A stretch of DNA of 64,000 nt, from contig CP070666.1 of the NCBI GenBank assembly GCA_020351775.1, forward strand, positions 4,723,138 through 4,787,137, given 5' to 3'. Of the stretch, positions 29,374-39,863 are shown piece by piece. The notes under the pieces were generated by a model. That model searched no databases, was not told the DNA's origin, and saw nothing but the letters and a program-made list of their open reading frames with translations. Both the position numbers and the translations under genes were made by a program. Numbering within the stretch: the stretch's first letter is position 1; every line of letters begins with the position of its first letter. Source of the DNA: Gemmatimonadota bacterium (GTDB lineage Bacteria > Gemmatimonadota > Gemmatimonadetes > Gemmatimonadales > GWC2-71-9).

Positions 29374-32300
29374 TCATCCACCCGGTTTCTTGGGCACCTC
29401 GATCGGCTCACCCGGGTCGGGTCGGATTTTGTGCTCGTCGCAGGCACGATACAAGGCTGGCAGTCGTTCATTGATCACATCGTTGATTTGCTCCACCAGA
29501 CCTGGGACTTTCTCCCACGCCTGATCGATCTGCCACAACTGGTCCGCGGTAGGCAGCGCGGTGGACCCTTCAATGGCATTTGCCACTCTGGCATCGCGGT
29601 TGGCCTGGTTCAGCTCCTGCCGAATCTCACCGATCATTTCGCCTAGTTGCTTTGCCTGTTCCATCAGCGATTCGGGTGCGGCTTCGTGTTGCCTCAGGAG
29701 CTCCTCGATTTCGGTGACCCTGCCACTCAGTCGGGACACAGCCTGCGTCGCTTCACGGATGGATTTGCTGAGCTCATAGACGCTCATCAAGGCATCCTGC
29801 CGCGCCCGCAGGTCCGCATCCGATATCTCAATTCGTGGATCTCCACGGACTTCTACCTCCTCAGAGAACGTCTGACCGGCAACCTGCAACTGTACGGTGT
29901 ACGTCCCGGGCAACACGCGAGGCCCGGTCGGGCCGACCCCCCCCTGGCTTCCAGGCGTGCTGTACGGTGGTTCGATCCGCAGATCCCATATCACTTCGTG
30001 AACCCCCGGATCACCCGGTCCTTCCAGTTCGCGCACCGCCTCACCGCTGGAATCCAGCACTGTGAGCTTAGCATTCGTTTCGCTCGTTCCATGCGATCGA
30101 GGCTCTTGCACCTGGCGCTGCACGCTGGGCCCTCCGTTGGACGGCGTAGTCGCTACGACCGGGGCTTCTCCCCCCTCCAACTTGTCCCGCAGGTAGTAGC
30201 GGATGCGCGCTCCTATCGGCGGATTGGCTGCAGCATAGTCGGCATGCCAGAACGGCCAGCTACCGGCCAGCGAGTACATGGTGGCCGCGCGTATCGGAAA
30301 CACGTGCGCGGTAGTACCCAGCAACTCTGAAGTCAGCTGCTCCAGGGGGATTATGTCATCCATGATCCAAATGCTGCGCCCGTGGGTTCCCAATATTAGG
30401 TCATTGTCGCGCCCGTGGATCACGATGTCGTCGACCGGTACCGTGGGGAGGTTGTTCTTCAGACGCGACCAAGTACCGCCGCGGTCAACCGAGAAATACA
30501 CGCCAACCTCGTTGCCCAGGAACAGCAGGTTCTGGTTGCTGACATGCTCAGCAATCACGTTCACCGACCAGCCGTGCGGTAGACCCTCAGTGATGGCCTG
30601 CCACCGCCGCCCGAAGTCCTCGCTCACGTATGCGTAAGGTGCGAAGTCATCGTTGCGGTGTCCGTCAAACGTGGCGTATACCCTGCCCTCAGCGAAGCGC
30701 GATGGGACTATTCTGCTCACATATGTCCGTTCGGGCAGCCCTCTCACGTTCGAGGTCAGGTCAGTCCATGTCGCACCACCATCTCGAGTCAGCTGGACGT
30801 TGCCGTCGTCAGTGCCAACGTACACGACATCGGTGTCGAGCGGTGATTCGCCGATGGTCGTGATATTGCCGTAAGTGGAGATCCCATCGTTTGCCGATAA
30901 CATGGGCTCGGATCCCAGCACGCCCATGATCTCCAACTCCGTACGGTCGATTTGCTTGGTCAGGTCGGGACTGACCTCCTGCCATGTCACACCCCGATCG
31001 GGTGATCGCAACAGCACGTTGGCACCAGTGTAGATAGTCGCAGGGTCGTGAGTCGAAATCACGATGGGAGTGTTCCAATTGAACCGGAATGACCGATCTG
31101 CCTCCTCATCATCGCCAGGCCGCGCCACCGGCCGGATGCGCGTGCCTTCGCCCGTCGTCACGTCGACCCGTCCGATGTTTCCGCCCTGAGACTCCGCATA
31201 GAGAATTGTGTGGTCGGTGGGATCGATGAGGTTGAAGAAGCCGTCACCACCCCAGACGTCGTACCAGTCCGAGTTCTTGATGCCGTAGGCGTTGAGTGTC
31301 CGGCTGGGCCCGCACCATGAGCTGTTGTCCTGCAAACCGCCGCACACGTAGTACGGGTCTCGCATATCGACACCGACCTGGTAGAACTGCCCGATGGCCA
31401 GGTTGTCATACATGCGCCAGCTTCGAGCGCGGTCGAACGAAGCTGCCACACCACCGTCATTGCCAATGATCAAGTGATCAGAATCGCGGGGATCGATCCA
31501 CAGGGCATGGTGATCGACGTGGATATCCTGGGCTCCATCGTTGCGGAACGTCTTGCCCCCGTCTTCCGATATGGCCAGCTGAGTTCCCAACACGTAGATC
31601 CGCTCGGGATCGTTGGGATCGATACGAATCTGGCTGTAGTACATCGGCCTGGGATTCGTACTGCTGATTCTCTCCCACGTTTCACCCCGGTCGGTCGAAC
31701 GGTAGACTCCACTCTTACGTTCAGTCTGTGGCCCTCCACCACCAAACCCGCGCGACGGGTCACGTTTGTCAGCCTCTACCACGGCATACACCAAGTTCCC
31801 ATCACGCCGATAGACATCGAGACCGATTCTGCCCTTGTCACCCTCAGGCAGACCGTTCTCCAATTCCTGCCAAGATTCCCCACCATCGAGCGTGCGATAG
31901 ATTCCGCTACCCGGTCCACCACCATTGAAGCCCCATCCTGTGCGGCGCCGCTGATACATCGCCGCGAACATCGTGTTTGCGTCCCCAGGATCCATAGCCA
32001 AATCGATTGCACCTGTGTTCTCGTCCACGAACAGAACCTTCTCCCACGTATCGCCGCCGTCGCGTGTGCGATATACCCCTCTGTCATCATTGGGGCCCCA
32101 TAGGTGTCCGACTGCAGCAACGTACACGACGTTGGGGTTGGTCGGATGAATGACAATGCGGCCGATGTGGTGTGTGTCATCCAGTCCCATGTGTGTCCAT
32201 GTGTGCCCGCCATTGGTGGATTTGTAGACACCGTTGCCCCAGGGTGAGCTTTGACGGTTCTGGGGCTCGCCGGTTCCGACCCACACGATATTCGGATTCG

Positions 32301-32622
32301 ACGCCGCCAGGGTCACGTCACCGATGGAAGCCGTGGGCTGGTCGTCGAACAGCGGCTCCCAAGTGGTCCCATGGCTCGTGGTCTTCCACAGGCCGCCCGA
32401 TGCCGTCGCGACATAGAAGACCTGCGGCTTGGATTCGACCACCGCCACATCGGCGATTCGGCCTCCCATCACGGCAGGACCGATCTCACGGACCTCGAGA
32501 CCAGCGACAGCAGCTCGCACGTCGGTCTGCGCCAGCATCACGTCGGTGGCAGCCAGTGAGAGGAGAGCCACTGCAGCCACCGCAACCGGGTGGATCACAG
32601 CACAAAAGTCAGGCAACCTCAT
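29374..32622 (-). CDS. Exported VPS10/BNR-repeat (sortilin-like) beta-propeller protein, paralogue B
   Basis: Signal peptide; IGPAVMGGRIAD; repeated SxDxGxTW Asp-box motifs; GGLQDNSSWCGPS; C-terminal FlgD-like domain and coiled coil. Confidence 0.85.
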   Translation of the reverse strand: MRLPDFCAVIHPVAVAAVALLSLAATDVMLAQTDVRAAVAGLEVREIGPAVMGGRIADVAVVESKPQVFYVATASGGLWKTTSHGTTWEPLFDDQPTASIGDVTLAASNPNIVWVGTGEPQNRQSSPWGNGVYKSTNGGHTWTHMGLDDTHHIGRIVIHPTNPNVVYVAAVGHLWGPNDDRGVYRTRDGGDTWEKVLFVDENTGAIDLAMDPGDANTMFAAMYQRRRTGWGFNGGGPGSGIYRTLDGGESWQELENGLPEGDKGRIGLDVYRRDGNLVYAVVEADKRDPSRGFGGGGPQTERKSGVYRSTDRGETWERISSTNPRPMYYSQIRIDPNDPERIYVLGTQLAISEDGGKTFRNDGAQDIHVDHHALWIDPRDSDHLIIGNDGGVAASFDRARSWRMYDNLAIGQFYQVGVDMRDPYYVCGGLQDNSSWCGPSRTLNAYGIKNSDWYDVWGGDGFFNLIDPTDHTILYAESQGGNIGRVDVTTGEGTRIRPVARPGDDEEADRSFRFNWNTPIVISTHDPATIYTGANVLLRSPDRGVTWQEVSPDLTKQIDRTELEIMGVLGSEPMLSANDGISTYGNITTIGESPLDTDVVYVGTDDGNVQLTRDGGATWTDLTSNVRGLPERTYVSRIVPSRFAEGRVYATFDGHRNDDFAPYAYVSEDFGRRWQAITEGLPHGWSVNVIAEHVSNQNLLFLGNEVGVYFSVDRGGTWSRLKNNLPTVPVDDIVIHGRDNDLILGTHGRSIWIMDDIIPLEQLTSELLGTTAHVFPIRAATMYSLAGSWPFWHADYAAANPPIGARIRYYLRDKLEGGEAPVVATTPSNGGPSVQRQVQEPRSHGTSETNAKLTVLDSSGEAVRELEGPGDPGVHEVIWDLRIEPPYSTPGSQGGVGPTGPRVLPGTYTVQLQVAGQTFSEEVEVRGDPRIEISDADLRARQDALMSVYELSKSIREATQAVSRLSGRVTEIEELLRQHEAAPESLMEQAKQLGEMIGEIRQELNQANRDARVANAIEGSTALPTADQLWQIDQAWEKVPGLVEQINDVINERLPALYRACDEHKIRPDPGEPIEVPKKPGG

Positions 32623-32718
32623 GTCACGGTCCTCTGCTATTGTTCTGAAGCGTCCCAAACGCCGGATCGGGAAAAGGGTCTTCCATTTCTCGATCCCTGC
32701 TCTGCGTCACCACTGATC

Positions 32719-35700
32719 TCACGGCCTCCGCGGTACCTCCAGGGCCTCCCCCGGAGACGGTCGAATCCCGTGGTCGTTGAGTTGCGCATACAGCGCTGGT
32801 ATCTGGGTCGTTATGACCTCGTTCAGCCTCTCGATAAGGCCGGGTACTTGTTCCCAAGCTCGATCGATCTGGAACAGTACGTCGGGTGAGGGGCGAGTGG
32901 TTGAACCCTCGAGCATGTATGACGCCCGGGCGCCACGGCTCGCCTGCCCAAGCTCGCGGCTGATGGCACCGAGCTCCGTCGTGATATCGGTGGCGGCCTC
33001 TCCCAGCGATTCGGGAGCTGCTTCGTTGTCTCGGAGCAGGTCCTGGATTTCGGTGAGCTGCTCGTTTAGTTCGCGCACCCGTCTGCCCGCGTCGTAAAGC
33101 GGCTTGGCCAACACGTACATGCTCATTAGCGCGTCCTGGCGGGCCTGCAAGTCGGCCCGCGAGATCTCCACGCGCGGGTCCAGCCTCACTTCGAGGTCGG
33201 CAGTCATGCTCTGACCCGCCGCATCGAGACGCACCGTATAGGTTGCCGGCAGCACCTTGGGACCTGGAGGCGCACCGAAGAAACCTCCTTGCTGGCCGGG
33301 GTCAGGCTCGTAGGGCCGTGGCAACCGGAGGTCCCAGATCACCTCGTGGCCCCCTGCCGCACCCGGTCCATCCAATTCCCTCACAACCGCGCCGCTCGCG
33401 TCCAATATCGTGAGCCTGGCCATGGCAGTGTCGACATTAGGTCCGTTCGATCCCGCAACTGCGGTTGCGGCAGGTTCGATATCCTCCGACAAGTAGTAGC
33501 GGATCCTGGCCCCGTGCGGAGGGTTGGGCGCTGCGAGCGCACCCGGTGTCCAGCCCTGGGGCGTGTACGGCGTGTACGAGCTAACCGAGCGAACCGAGAA
33601 TAGATGAGCGGCAGAGGCTAACACCTCCTGGGACAGTTCCTCCAACGGTGTGATGTCATCCATGATCCAAATCCCACGACCATGAGTGCCGATCACGAGA
33701 TCGTTATCTCTGGGATGCACGATGATGTCGTCAACCGGCACCGTGGGAAGGTTGTTCATCAAACGGGTCCAGCTAGCACCCCTGTTGATCGAGTAGTACA
33801 CCCCGATCTCGTTCCCGAGGAACAGCAGGTTCGGCTGGCGCGGGTGCTCGGCGATGATGTTGACCGACCAGAGCCCGGGAAGCCCTTCGACTATGGGGGT
33901 CCAGCTGGCACCGTAGTCTTCGCTCACGTAGGCGTAGGGATCGAAGTCGTCGTTGCGGTGGCCATCGAACGCCGCGTAGACTCTACCCTCAGCGTGCCGC
34001 GATGCTACCACCCGGCTAACGTAGGTTCGCTCAGGAAGGCCCCGAAAGTTTCCGGTCAGGTCGCTCCAGGTGGCTCCACCATCTCGTGTAACTTGAACGT
34101 TGCCGTCATCGGTCCCAACGTAGACAAGATCACGAGTGAGCGGTGATTCGCTAATTGCAGTCATGTTTCCGTAGGTGGAGATCCCATCGTTCCTGGAAAG
34201 CGCTGGACGCGAAAGCCTGACGCCCATGATCTCCATGGTGTCGCGATCGAGCTGCTTCGTGAGATCCGGACTGATCTGCTCCCATGTGAAGCCACGGTCG
34301 GTCGATTTGAACAGCACGTTGGCACCGACGTAGATGGTGGCGGGATCGTGCGATGACATGACTATCGGCGTATCCCAGTTCCATCTGAACCTCGGCATCT
34401 CGCCCTCTTCGTCTGGCCGACCGCTCGGCCGCACAGTAGTACGCTCCATCGTCTTGAGGTCAACTCGAAAAACGTTACCCCCTTGCGACTCGGCGAACAT
34501 GATGTCCGGATTGCTGGGATCGATCAGGGTATAAAACCCGTCACCGCTACCGACGTTATACCAATCGCGGTTGCGGATTCCCTGGTTGGAAAGCGTGTTG
34601 CTGGGACCACACCAGGACCCGTTGTCCTGTAGTCCACCACACACGTAATACGGATCACGCATGTCCACACCGATCTCATAGAACTGCGCCAGAATCATGT
34701 TGTTGATCTGACGCCAGTTGTCCGATCGGTCGTACGAGATATCGACGCCACCATCACCACCGAGGATCAGGTGATTCGAGTTGGCCGGATTGATCCACAG
34801 CGCGTGGTGATCCGAGTGCACTCCGCGAGCGGCATCCGCAGTGAACGTCTTTCCACCGTCACTCGAGCGGTACAGGTTGGCGCCGGCAGCGTAGACACGT
34901 TCTGGATCATTGGGATCGACACGGATCTGACTGTAGTACATCGGCCGGTTGTTGGTCTCATTCCTGAATTCCCATGTCTCGCCGCGATCCAGGGACCGGT
35001 ATACACCCCTGCCCTGCCGCGCCTCGACTTGGGCGAACACGATGTTGCCATCGCGCCTGTATATGTCGATGCCGATCCGCCCCTTATCGCCCTCCGGCAG
35101 TCCGTTGGTGAGTTCCTGCCAGTTCGCACCGCCATCGGTAGTGCGGTACAAACCACTCCCCGGCCCACCACCGCTAAAGCCGAAGCCTGTACGGCGCCGC
35201 TGATACATGGCCGCAAACAGTGTCTCCGGATCACCGGGGTCCATTGCCAGATCGATGGCGCCGGTGTTCTCGTCGACAAACAGCACCAGATCCCACGTTG
35301 TGCCGCCATCGACGGACTTGTAGACGCCCCGCTCTGGGTTGGGACCCCAGAGATGGCCGACAGCCGCCACGTAGACGACGTCGGGATTCAACGGGTGGAT
35401 CTGAATCCGGGCGATGTGGTGTGTATTGTCGAGACCCATGTGGGTCCACGTGCGTCCGGCGTCGGTCGATTTGTAGACACCGTTGCCCCAGGGAGAGCTT
35501 TGACGGTTTTGGGGCTCACCTGTCCCGACCCAGACGATGTTGGGATTCGAAGGGGCTAGTGTCACGTCGCCCACGGATGAGGTGGGCTGGTCGTCAAAGA
35601 TCGTCTGCCAAGTGGTGCCGTGGTTTGTCGTCTTCCACACTCCACCGGTGGCCGTGCCTACGTAGAAAATCGCCGGGTTGGACTCGACGACCGCCAAGTC

Positions 35701-35871
35701 AGACACCCGGCCGCCCATGATTGCAGGGCCTATGTTGCGCCATTCGAGGGCGGTCGCTGCGCGCTCGAGGCCGGTTTGGGCCGACGCCGGCGCAATGGGA
35801 TGCATGACCGGGACCGCGACAATGGCTGCCAAGGCTAGCCACTGCACATACTTTGGGCTAGGCAATTGCAT
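32719..35871 (-). CDS. Exported VPS10/BNR-repeat beta-propeller protein, paralogue A
   Basis: GGAGG SD before ATG 35871; same architecture as the neighbour, with identical stretches such as WVGTGEPQNRQSSPWGNGVYKST. Confidence 0.85.
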   Translation of the reverse strand: MQLPSPKYVQWLALAAIVAVPVMHPIAPASAQTGLERAATALEWRNIGPAIMGGRVSDLAVVESNPAIFYVGTATGGVWKTTNHGTTWQTIFDDQPTSSVGDVTLAPSNPNIVWVGTGEPQNRQSSPWGNGVYKSTDAGRTWTHMGLDNTHHIARIQIHPLNPDVVYVAAVGHLWGPNPERGVYKSVDGGTTWDLVLFVDENTGAIDLAMDPGDPETLFAAMYQRRRTGFGFSGGGPGSGLYRTTDGGANWQELTNGLPEGDKGRIGIDIYRRDGNIVFAQVEARQGRGVYRSLDRGETWEFRNETNNRPMYYSQIRVDPNDPERVYAAGANLYRSSDGGKTFTADAARGVHSDHHALWINPANSNHLILGGDGGVDISYDRSDNWRQINNMILAQFYEIGVDMRDPYYVCGGLQDNGSWCGPSNTLSNQGIRNRDWYNVGSGDGFYTLIDPSNPDIMFAESQGGNVFRVDLKTMERTTVRPSGRPDEEGEMPRFRWNWDTPIVMSSHDPATIYVGANVLFKSTDRGFTWEQISPDLTKQLDRDTMEIMGVRLSRPALSRNDGISTYGNMTAISESPLTRDLVYVGTDDGNVQVTRDGGATWSDLTGNFRGLPERTYVSRVVASRHAEGRVYAAFDGHRNDDFDPYAYVSEDYGASWTPIVEGLPGLWSVNIIAEHPRQPNLLFLGNEIGVYYSINRGASWTRLMNNLPTVPVDDIIVHPRDNDLVIGTHGRGIWIMDDITPLEELSQEVLASAAHLFSVRSVSSYTPYTPQGWTPGALAAPNPPHGARIRYYLSEDIEPAATAVAGSNGPNVDTAMARLTILDASGAVVRELDGPGAAGGHEVIWDLRLPRPYEPDPGQQGGFFGAPPGPKVLPATYTVRLDAAGQSMTADLEVRLDPRVEISRADLQARQDALMSMYVLAKPLYDAGRRVRELNEQLTEIQDLLRDNEAAPESLGEAATDITTELGAISRELGQASRGARASYMLEGSTTRPSPDVLFQIDRAWEQVPGLIERLNEVITTQIPALYAQLNDHGIRPSPGEALEVPRRP

Positions 35872-35933
35872 CGGATTCAACCTCCGTGTTGAACGCAGAG
35901 TGATGCCTCTGTTGCACGAGGTAGCGATAGCGA

Positions 35934-35961
35934 ATTCTACGCGCGGTACAGACGGGAGCAA
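35934..35961 (-). promoter_or_regulatory. Putative sigma70-type promoter of the VPS10 pair
   Basis: Minus strand TTGCTC-N16-TAGAAT, about 60 nt upstream of ATG 35871. Confidence 0.4.
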
Positions 35962-36102
35962 GGCCGGCGCACCCGGCATCTCCACCCTCGTGCAGAGTGC
36001 AGAGTTCGCTGAGGATCTCACCGTGAAGAGGTCGGAAGTACGCCCTGTACCTCTCAGTTGCCGAAGTGCGCGTTGTAGACAATGGACTCCCCAGGGACCC
36101 GT

Positions 36103-37169
36103 ATGCGCTTATCTACGTTCGTCATCCCAGCTACAGTCGCGGTCGGGTTCCATGATGCCAGGAGAGGACGGTCACTGAATCCATCACATCACGCGAGAGC
36201 TCCGGAATCTCGGTCGCAGAGAACGTCGAGCCGGCGTGGCAGAATGGTAACAGCTGGCGTGTGGCCGAAGCACCGACCATAGCGACCGGCCTGACGGGAG
36301 GAGACCTCGCGTACGAGTTGTTCCGACACCGGGCTGCGTTCCGTTTGAGCGACGGACGTGTCGTGATCGCTGATGACGGGACTCAAGAGATCGGTTATTA
36401 CAATGCTTTGGGTGGCCACCTGAGCTCTCTTGGGCTTCGCCGCTACGGTGACGCTCTGACCACTAGTATCGTGAGGAACAGTCTTCTGCGTTCGAGCTTC
36501 ACGGACACCGGTGAGTTGCTCGACACGCTCGGGGTCTTCCACAATCGAGTCACGGACGTCCAGACACGATCCATAGGTAAAAACAGCTTCCGCAGCCCCG
36601 CAGACGTGGTTTTTTCGTCACGGGCCGTGTGGTTTGCCAATAGACAGAGGCTCTTCGTAGGAATGTCCGGCCGGTACGAGATCCGAGCACAAGGGGAGGA
36701 CGGGACCTTGCACAAGATCATACGCAAACACCACACTCCCGTGCCGGTCACGCGTCAGGACTAAGAGCGGTTGGTGCAGGCTCGGCGCGATATCTGGTAC
36801 GACAGGTCGGACAATCCCGAGATCCAGTACGTACTGCGTACCCTCGAGCAATCACAACCGCCCGACGCGTTTCCGGCGTTCGATCCACAAGTGCTCAATG
36901 ATTGGGGCTGGCGGATCGGAGCTTAACTGCTGCAGGACCGGGACAAGAATCTATGGGTGGCTGAATTCGGGCCGCCTGGCTATGGCCTGCCCCGCTGGAG
37001 CGCCTTCGATGTGCAAGGGCGATGGATGGGAGAGATCGCACTCCCTGAGAGACTCATTGCCACAGACGTCGGCTCCGGCTACGTACTCGGTCTGTGGAGC
37101 GACGAGCTGGGCATCGAGAGCGTCAGGATGTACGACTTGATCAAGCCCGGGATCACCGACCGACCATAG
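36103..37169 (+). pseudogene. Decayed exported 6-bladed beta-propeller protein
   Basis: Signal-like MRLSTFVIPATVAVG at 36103, then a frameshift. One frame reads SSGISVAENVEPAW...GDLAYELFR...DGRVVIAD...PVPVTRQD*ERL...IGA*LLQDRDKNLWVAEF...DELGIESVRMYDL, with in-frame TAA at 36762 and 36924. Confidence 0.7.
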
Positions 37170-37271
37170 GTGCACCGAGTACAGAGTGCAGGATACATGA
37201 CCAACAGGTCCGCCGGGACATCGAGACCGGCGGGACACCGGATCAGCCGGCCGACTGCAGAGGACCCGCGA

Positions 37272-39863
37272 TCAGAGACTGGGTTCCTCTGACTTGGGCC
37301 ACACCTCTGTCCAGATGCGCCACGATACCCAACCGCAAAACAGAACCGTGGCTGCAGTGAAGCCGCTGACGCGGAGCATCGCGTTGCCCAGCGCTGCCCT
37401 CGTATCTGGTACCACATCTCCGAGCTCGAATGGGAAGTCGAGCAGAAACTCCGCGTATGCCCCCAATAAAACGAGTCCCAGCAGGGTCACGCCAACCGCT
37501 ACTGCCGTCGCAGTTCGCCGCCAGAACCGACCCAATGCCCCCAGTGCCAACAGTGCCAGCCCCAGAATCCGTACACCCACCAGCCACTCGTGGAATCCGG
37601 CGTTATACCCGTATGTGAGCCTCGCCAGGTCGGTCCAAGCGAATATCGCGACACTTGCTCCAAGTGCCAACATCAAGGGCCATTGCTGGAACGCCCCGTC
37701 CTGCCCGATGTGCCCCGGGAGCGGCGTCCGGCGCCGCAACGCTTCTCGACCGGCGTGCGCAGTCATGTGCGAGTCAGGTCGATCCAACCTGCGATTGGCG
37801 CGATGCGAGCGTGGCGCTGGTTCCTCACGAGCGGACTCGGCAGACTGAGCGATGCCAACGTGTATCTCGGGTGTCGCTCGCGACTCAGCAGCTCTGGCTG
37901 CAGCATCTTCAGGCTGCTTGGCGCCGACGTCCGGCTCTTGGACAATCGCAGTAGGCTCTTCGGACGTATCCGGCACTCCCAGCACCTCCGGCTGCACCGC
38001 TGACAGCGAATCATCCTCCCGTGGCTGCACGGCTTCCGGCGCTGTGACATCCGGAGTGCTCTGAGCGGTTGACCCAGGTTCGTGCGGGACCTCCACGTCG
38101 GCCACCGGCCGTGGGGGTTCTTGCGGCGTCGGCTCGACTCCCAGTAGCTCCTCGACGGATACCGGCACCTTGTGAGTCACGTCAGCGATCGTCCACGGCT
38201 CGATCAACTCGGTTTCTGCAGAATCCGCCCCCGACCGTGGTACTCCCAGTAGGTCTTCGATGGATGGCTCTTTAGAATCGGTCCCGGCCTTCATCTCTTC
38301 GTATTGCGACCAGCTTTCTACCAGCTCGTCCGCCTCGGCTGCCACTCGAGGTGCACCAGTCCCCTGTTCCCGAGCCGCCTGGTCCCTGATGGAGGCTGCA
38401 GATTCCGGCGGTGCCATGGTCTGGCCTTCTTGTGCCGCCGGTTCCTCTGCCTGGGGCCTAACGAGACACTGGTATCCTCCGAACGTCCCGTTTCCCGCGT
38501 TCCGGGGGATCGCCGTGAGCAAGGCCGGCAGCACCGCTCCGTCCTTTGTCCGTAGGCGGATGGGAAGGTTCTTGACGAAGCCATGCTTCTGCACATTCTC
38601 TCCGAACAAGCGAGCGTCCGGAACTGCTGCGTAGAGCTTCCGGGCCTTGACGTTGATCATCTCTTCGCGGTCATAGCCCCACAGTTCTACCGCCGCTTCA
38701 TTCACCTCAGAGATGCGGCCATTCTCACCTGTGAGATAGACCGGATCCAGAGTGTGCTCAAAAAGCGAACCGTACCTCTCCTCGGTTTCGCGCAGCTCCT
38801 GTTCGTCCTGTCTGCTCTTTTTTCTCTCTCGCGCGACGACGAGAGTGTATGTCCGGTTGGCGAAGTCACGTTTGGTGACAGCTACTTCCACAGGAAAACC
38901 ACTGCCGTCACGACGCCGGTGCACCCTGCCACAGACCCACGGACGCTGCACCCTACGCGCCTCCGTCTCGACATCCGCCTCACCGTCCGGACAGCCCAGC
39001 GGGAACTCGACGTCGACATCGTGGATCGTGGAGGAGAGGAGCTGCGTTCGGGGCAGTCCAAGCCACCTCAGTGCCGTCTCATTGGCATCGATGAATCGAT
39101 CGGTCTCTGGATCGATCACGAAAATGGCCTCGTCCGCTTGATCGATCAGCGACCTGAATCTGGAGAGCGATGCCAGCGTCCGCCTGAGACTCGCCATCTC
39201 ACCAGAGAGCTTCTCGATTCGAGCCTCCAGCTCCTCACGCTCGACACGATGCAGCGCCTGCGTCTCACGCACGGCCTGTTCTGTCTTCTGCTGCTGCCTG
39301 CTCTCACGCGCCACTACCAGAGTGTAGGTCCGGTTCGAGTAGCGGCGCTGCGCGACGGCGACCTCAACGGGAAAGCAAGTCCCGTCACGGCGGCGGTGGA
39401 CTCTGTTGCACACCCAGGAGCGGCGCAAATCCCTCGCGTTCCCCGATGGGTCTGACTCAGACTCCGGGTATGCCAGCGGGAACTCGACATCGACGTCGTT
39501 GGTAGTCAGCTGGAGAAGTTCCTGACGGGAAAGGCCAAGCCATCTAAGCGCTGTCTCGTTGGCATCGACAAACCTGTCAGTCTCAGGGTCGATCACAAAG
39601 ATGGCCTCATCCGCCTGATCAATGATGGTCCTGAATCTGGCGTGGGATACCAGAACGTGTTTGAGGCTATCCATCTGCCCTGACAACGTGTCTAGATGTG
39701 CATCCATCTCCTGAGGCTCGACTGGACGGGCCACCTCTGGACCGGTCACTGCCCGTGACGGACGGGGAGGTGTGACCTTCCCCAATCCCTCGGTTGAGAT
39801 CCGGCCGCGGTGTGGCGGCTTCCACCCTGTTGCTGGTTTTTCGTCGCTGTTTCTTTCTGACAT
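37272..39863 (-). CDS. Triple-PAS protein with long acidic/Pro-rich linker and C-terminal 4-TM domain, no output domain
   Basis: PAS signatures RFRTIIDQADEAIFVID...RRRDGTCFPVEV (two copies) and RYGSLFEHTLDPVYL...; ~250 aa low-complexity linker; four hydrophobic segments at the C-terminus. Confidence 0.85.
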   Translation of the reverse strand: MSERNSDEKPATGWKPPHRGRISTEGLGKVTPPRPSRAVTGPEVARPVEPQEMDAHLDTLSGQMDSLKHVLVSHARFRTIIDQADEAIFVIDPETDRFVDANETALRWLGLSRQELLQLTTNDVDVEFPLAYPESESDPSGNARDLRRSWVCNRVHRRRDGTCFPVEVAVAQRRYSNRTYTLVVARESRQQQKTEQAVRETQALHRVEREELEARIEKLSGEMASLRRTLASLSRFRSLIDQADEAIFVIDPETDRFIDANETALRWLGLPRTQLLSSTIHDVDVEFPLGCPDGEADVETEARRVQRPWVCGRVHRRRDGSGFPVEVAVTKRDFANRTYTLVVARERKKSRQDEQELRETEERYGSLFEHTLDPVYLTGENGRISEVNEAAVELWGYDREEMINVKARKLYAAVPDARLFGENVQKHGFVKNLPIRLRTKDGAVLPALLTAIPRNAGNGTFGGYQCLVRPQAEEPAAQEGQTMAPPESAASIRDQAAREQGTGAPRVAAEADELVESWSQYEEMKAGTDSKEPSIEDLLGVPRSGADSAETELIEPWTIADVTHKVPVSVEELLGVEPTPQEPPRPVADVEVPHEPGSTAQSTPDVTAPEAVQPREDDSLSAVQPEVLGVPDTSEEPTAIVQEPDVGAKQPEDAAARAAESRATPEIHVGIAQSAESAREEPAPRSHRANRRLDRPDSHMTAHAGREALRRRTPLPGHIGQDGAFQQWPLMLALGASVAIFAWTDLARLTYGYNAGFHEWLVGVRILGLALLALGALGRFWRRTATAVAVGVTLLGLVLLGAYAEFLLDFPFELGDVVPDTRAALGNAMLRVSGFTAATVLFCGWVSWRIWTEVWPKSEEPSL

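Noticed and set aside
36762-36926. Possible TAA reassignment or readthrough in the propeller gene
   Set aside because: TAA ends normal genes here (e.g. the HAD gene at 24239), and the same gene also has a frameshift and an apparent internal deletion; pseudogene is simpler.
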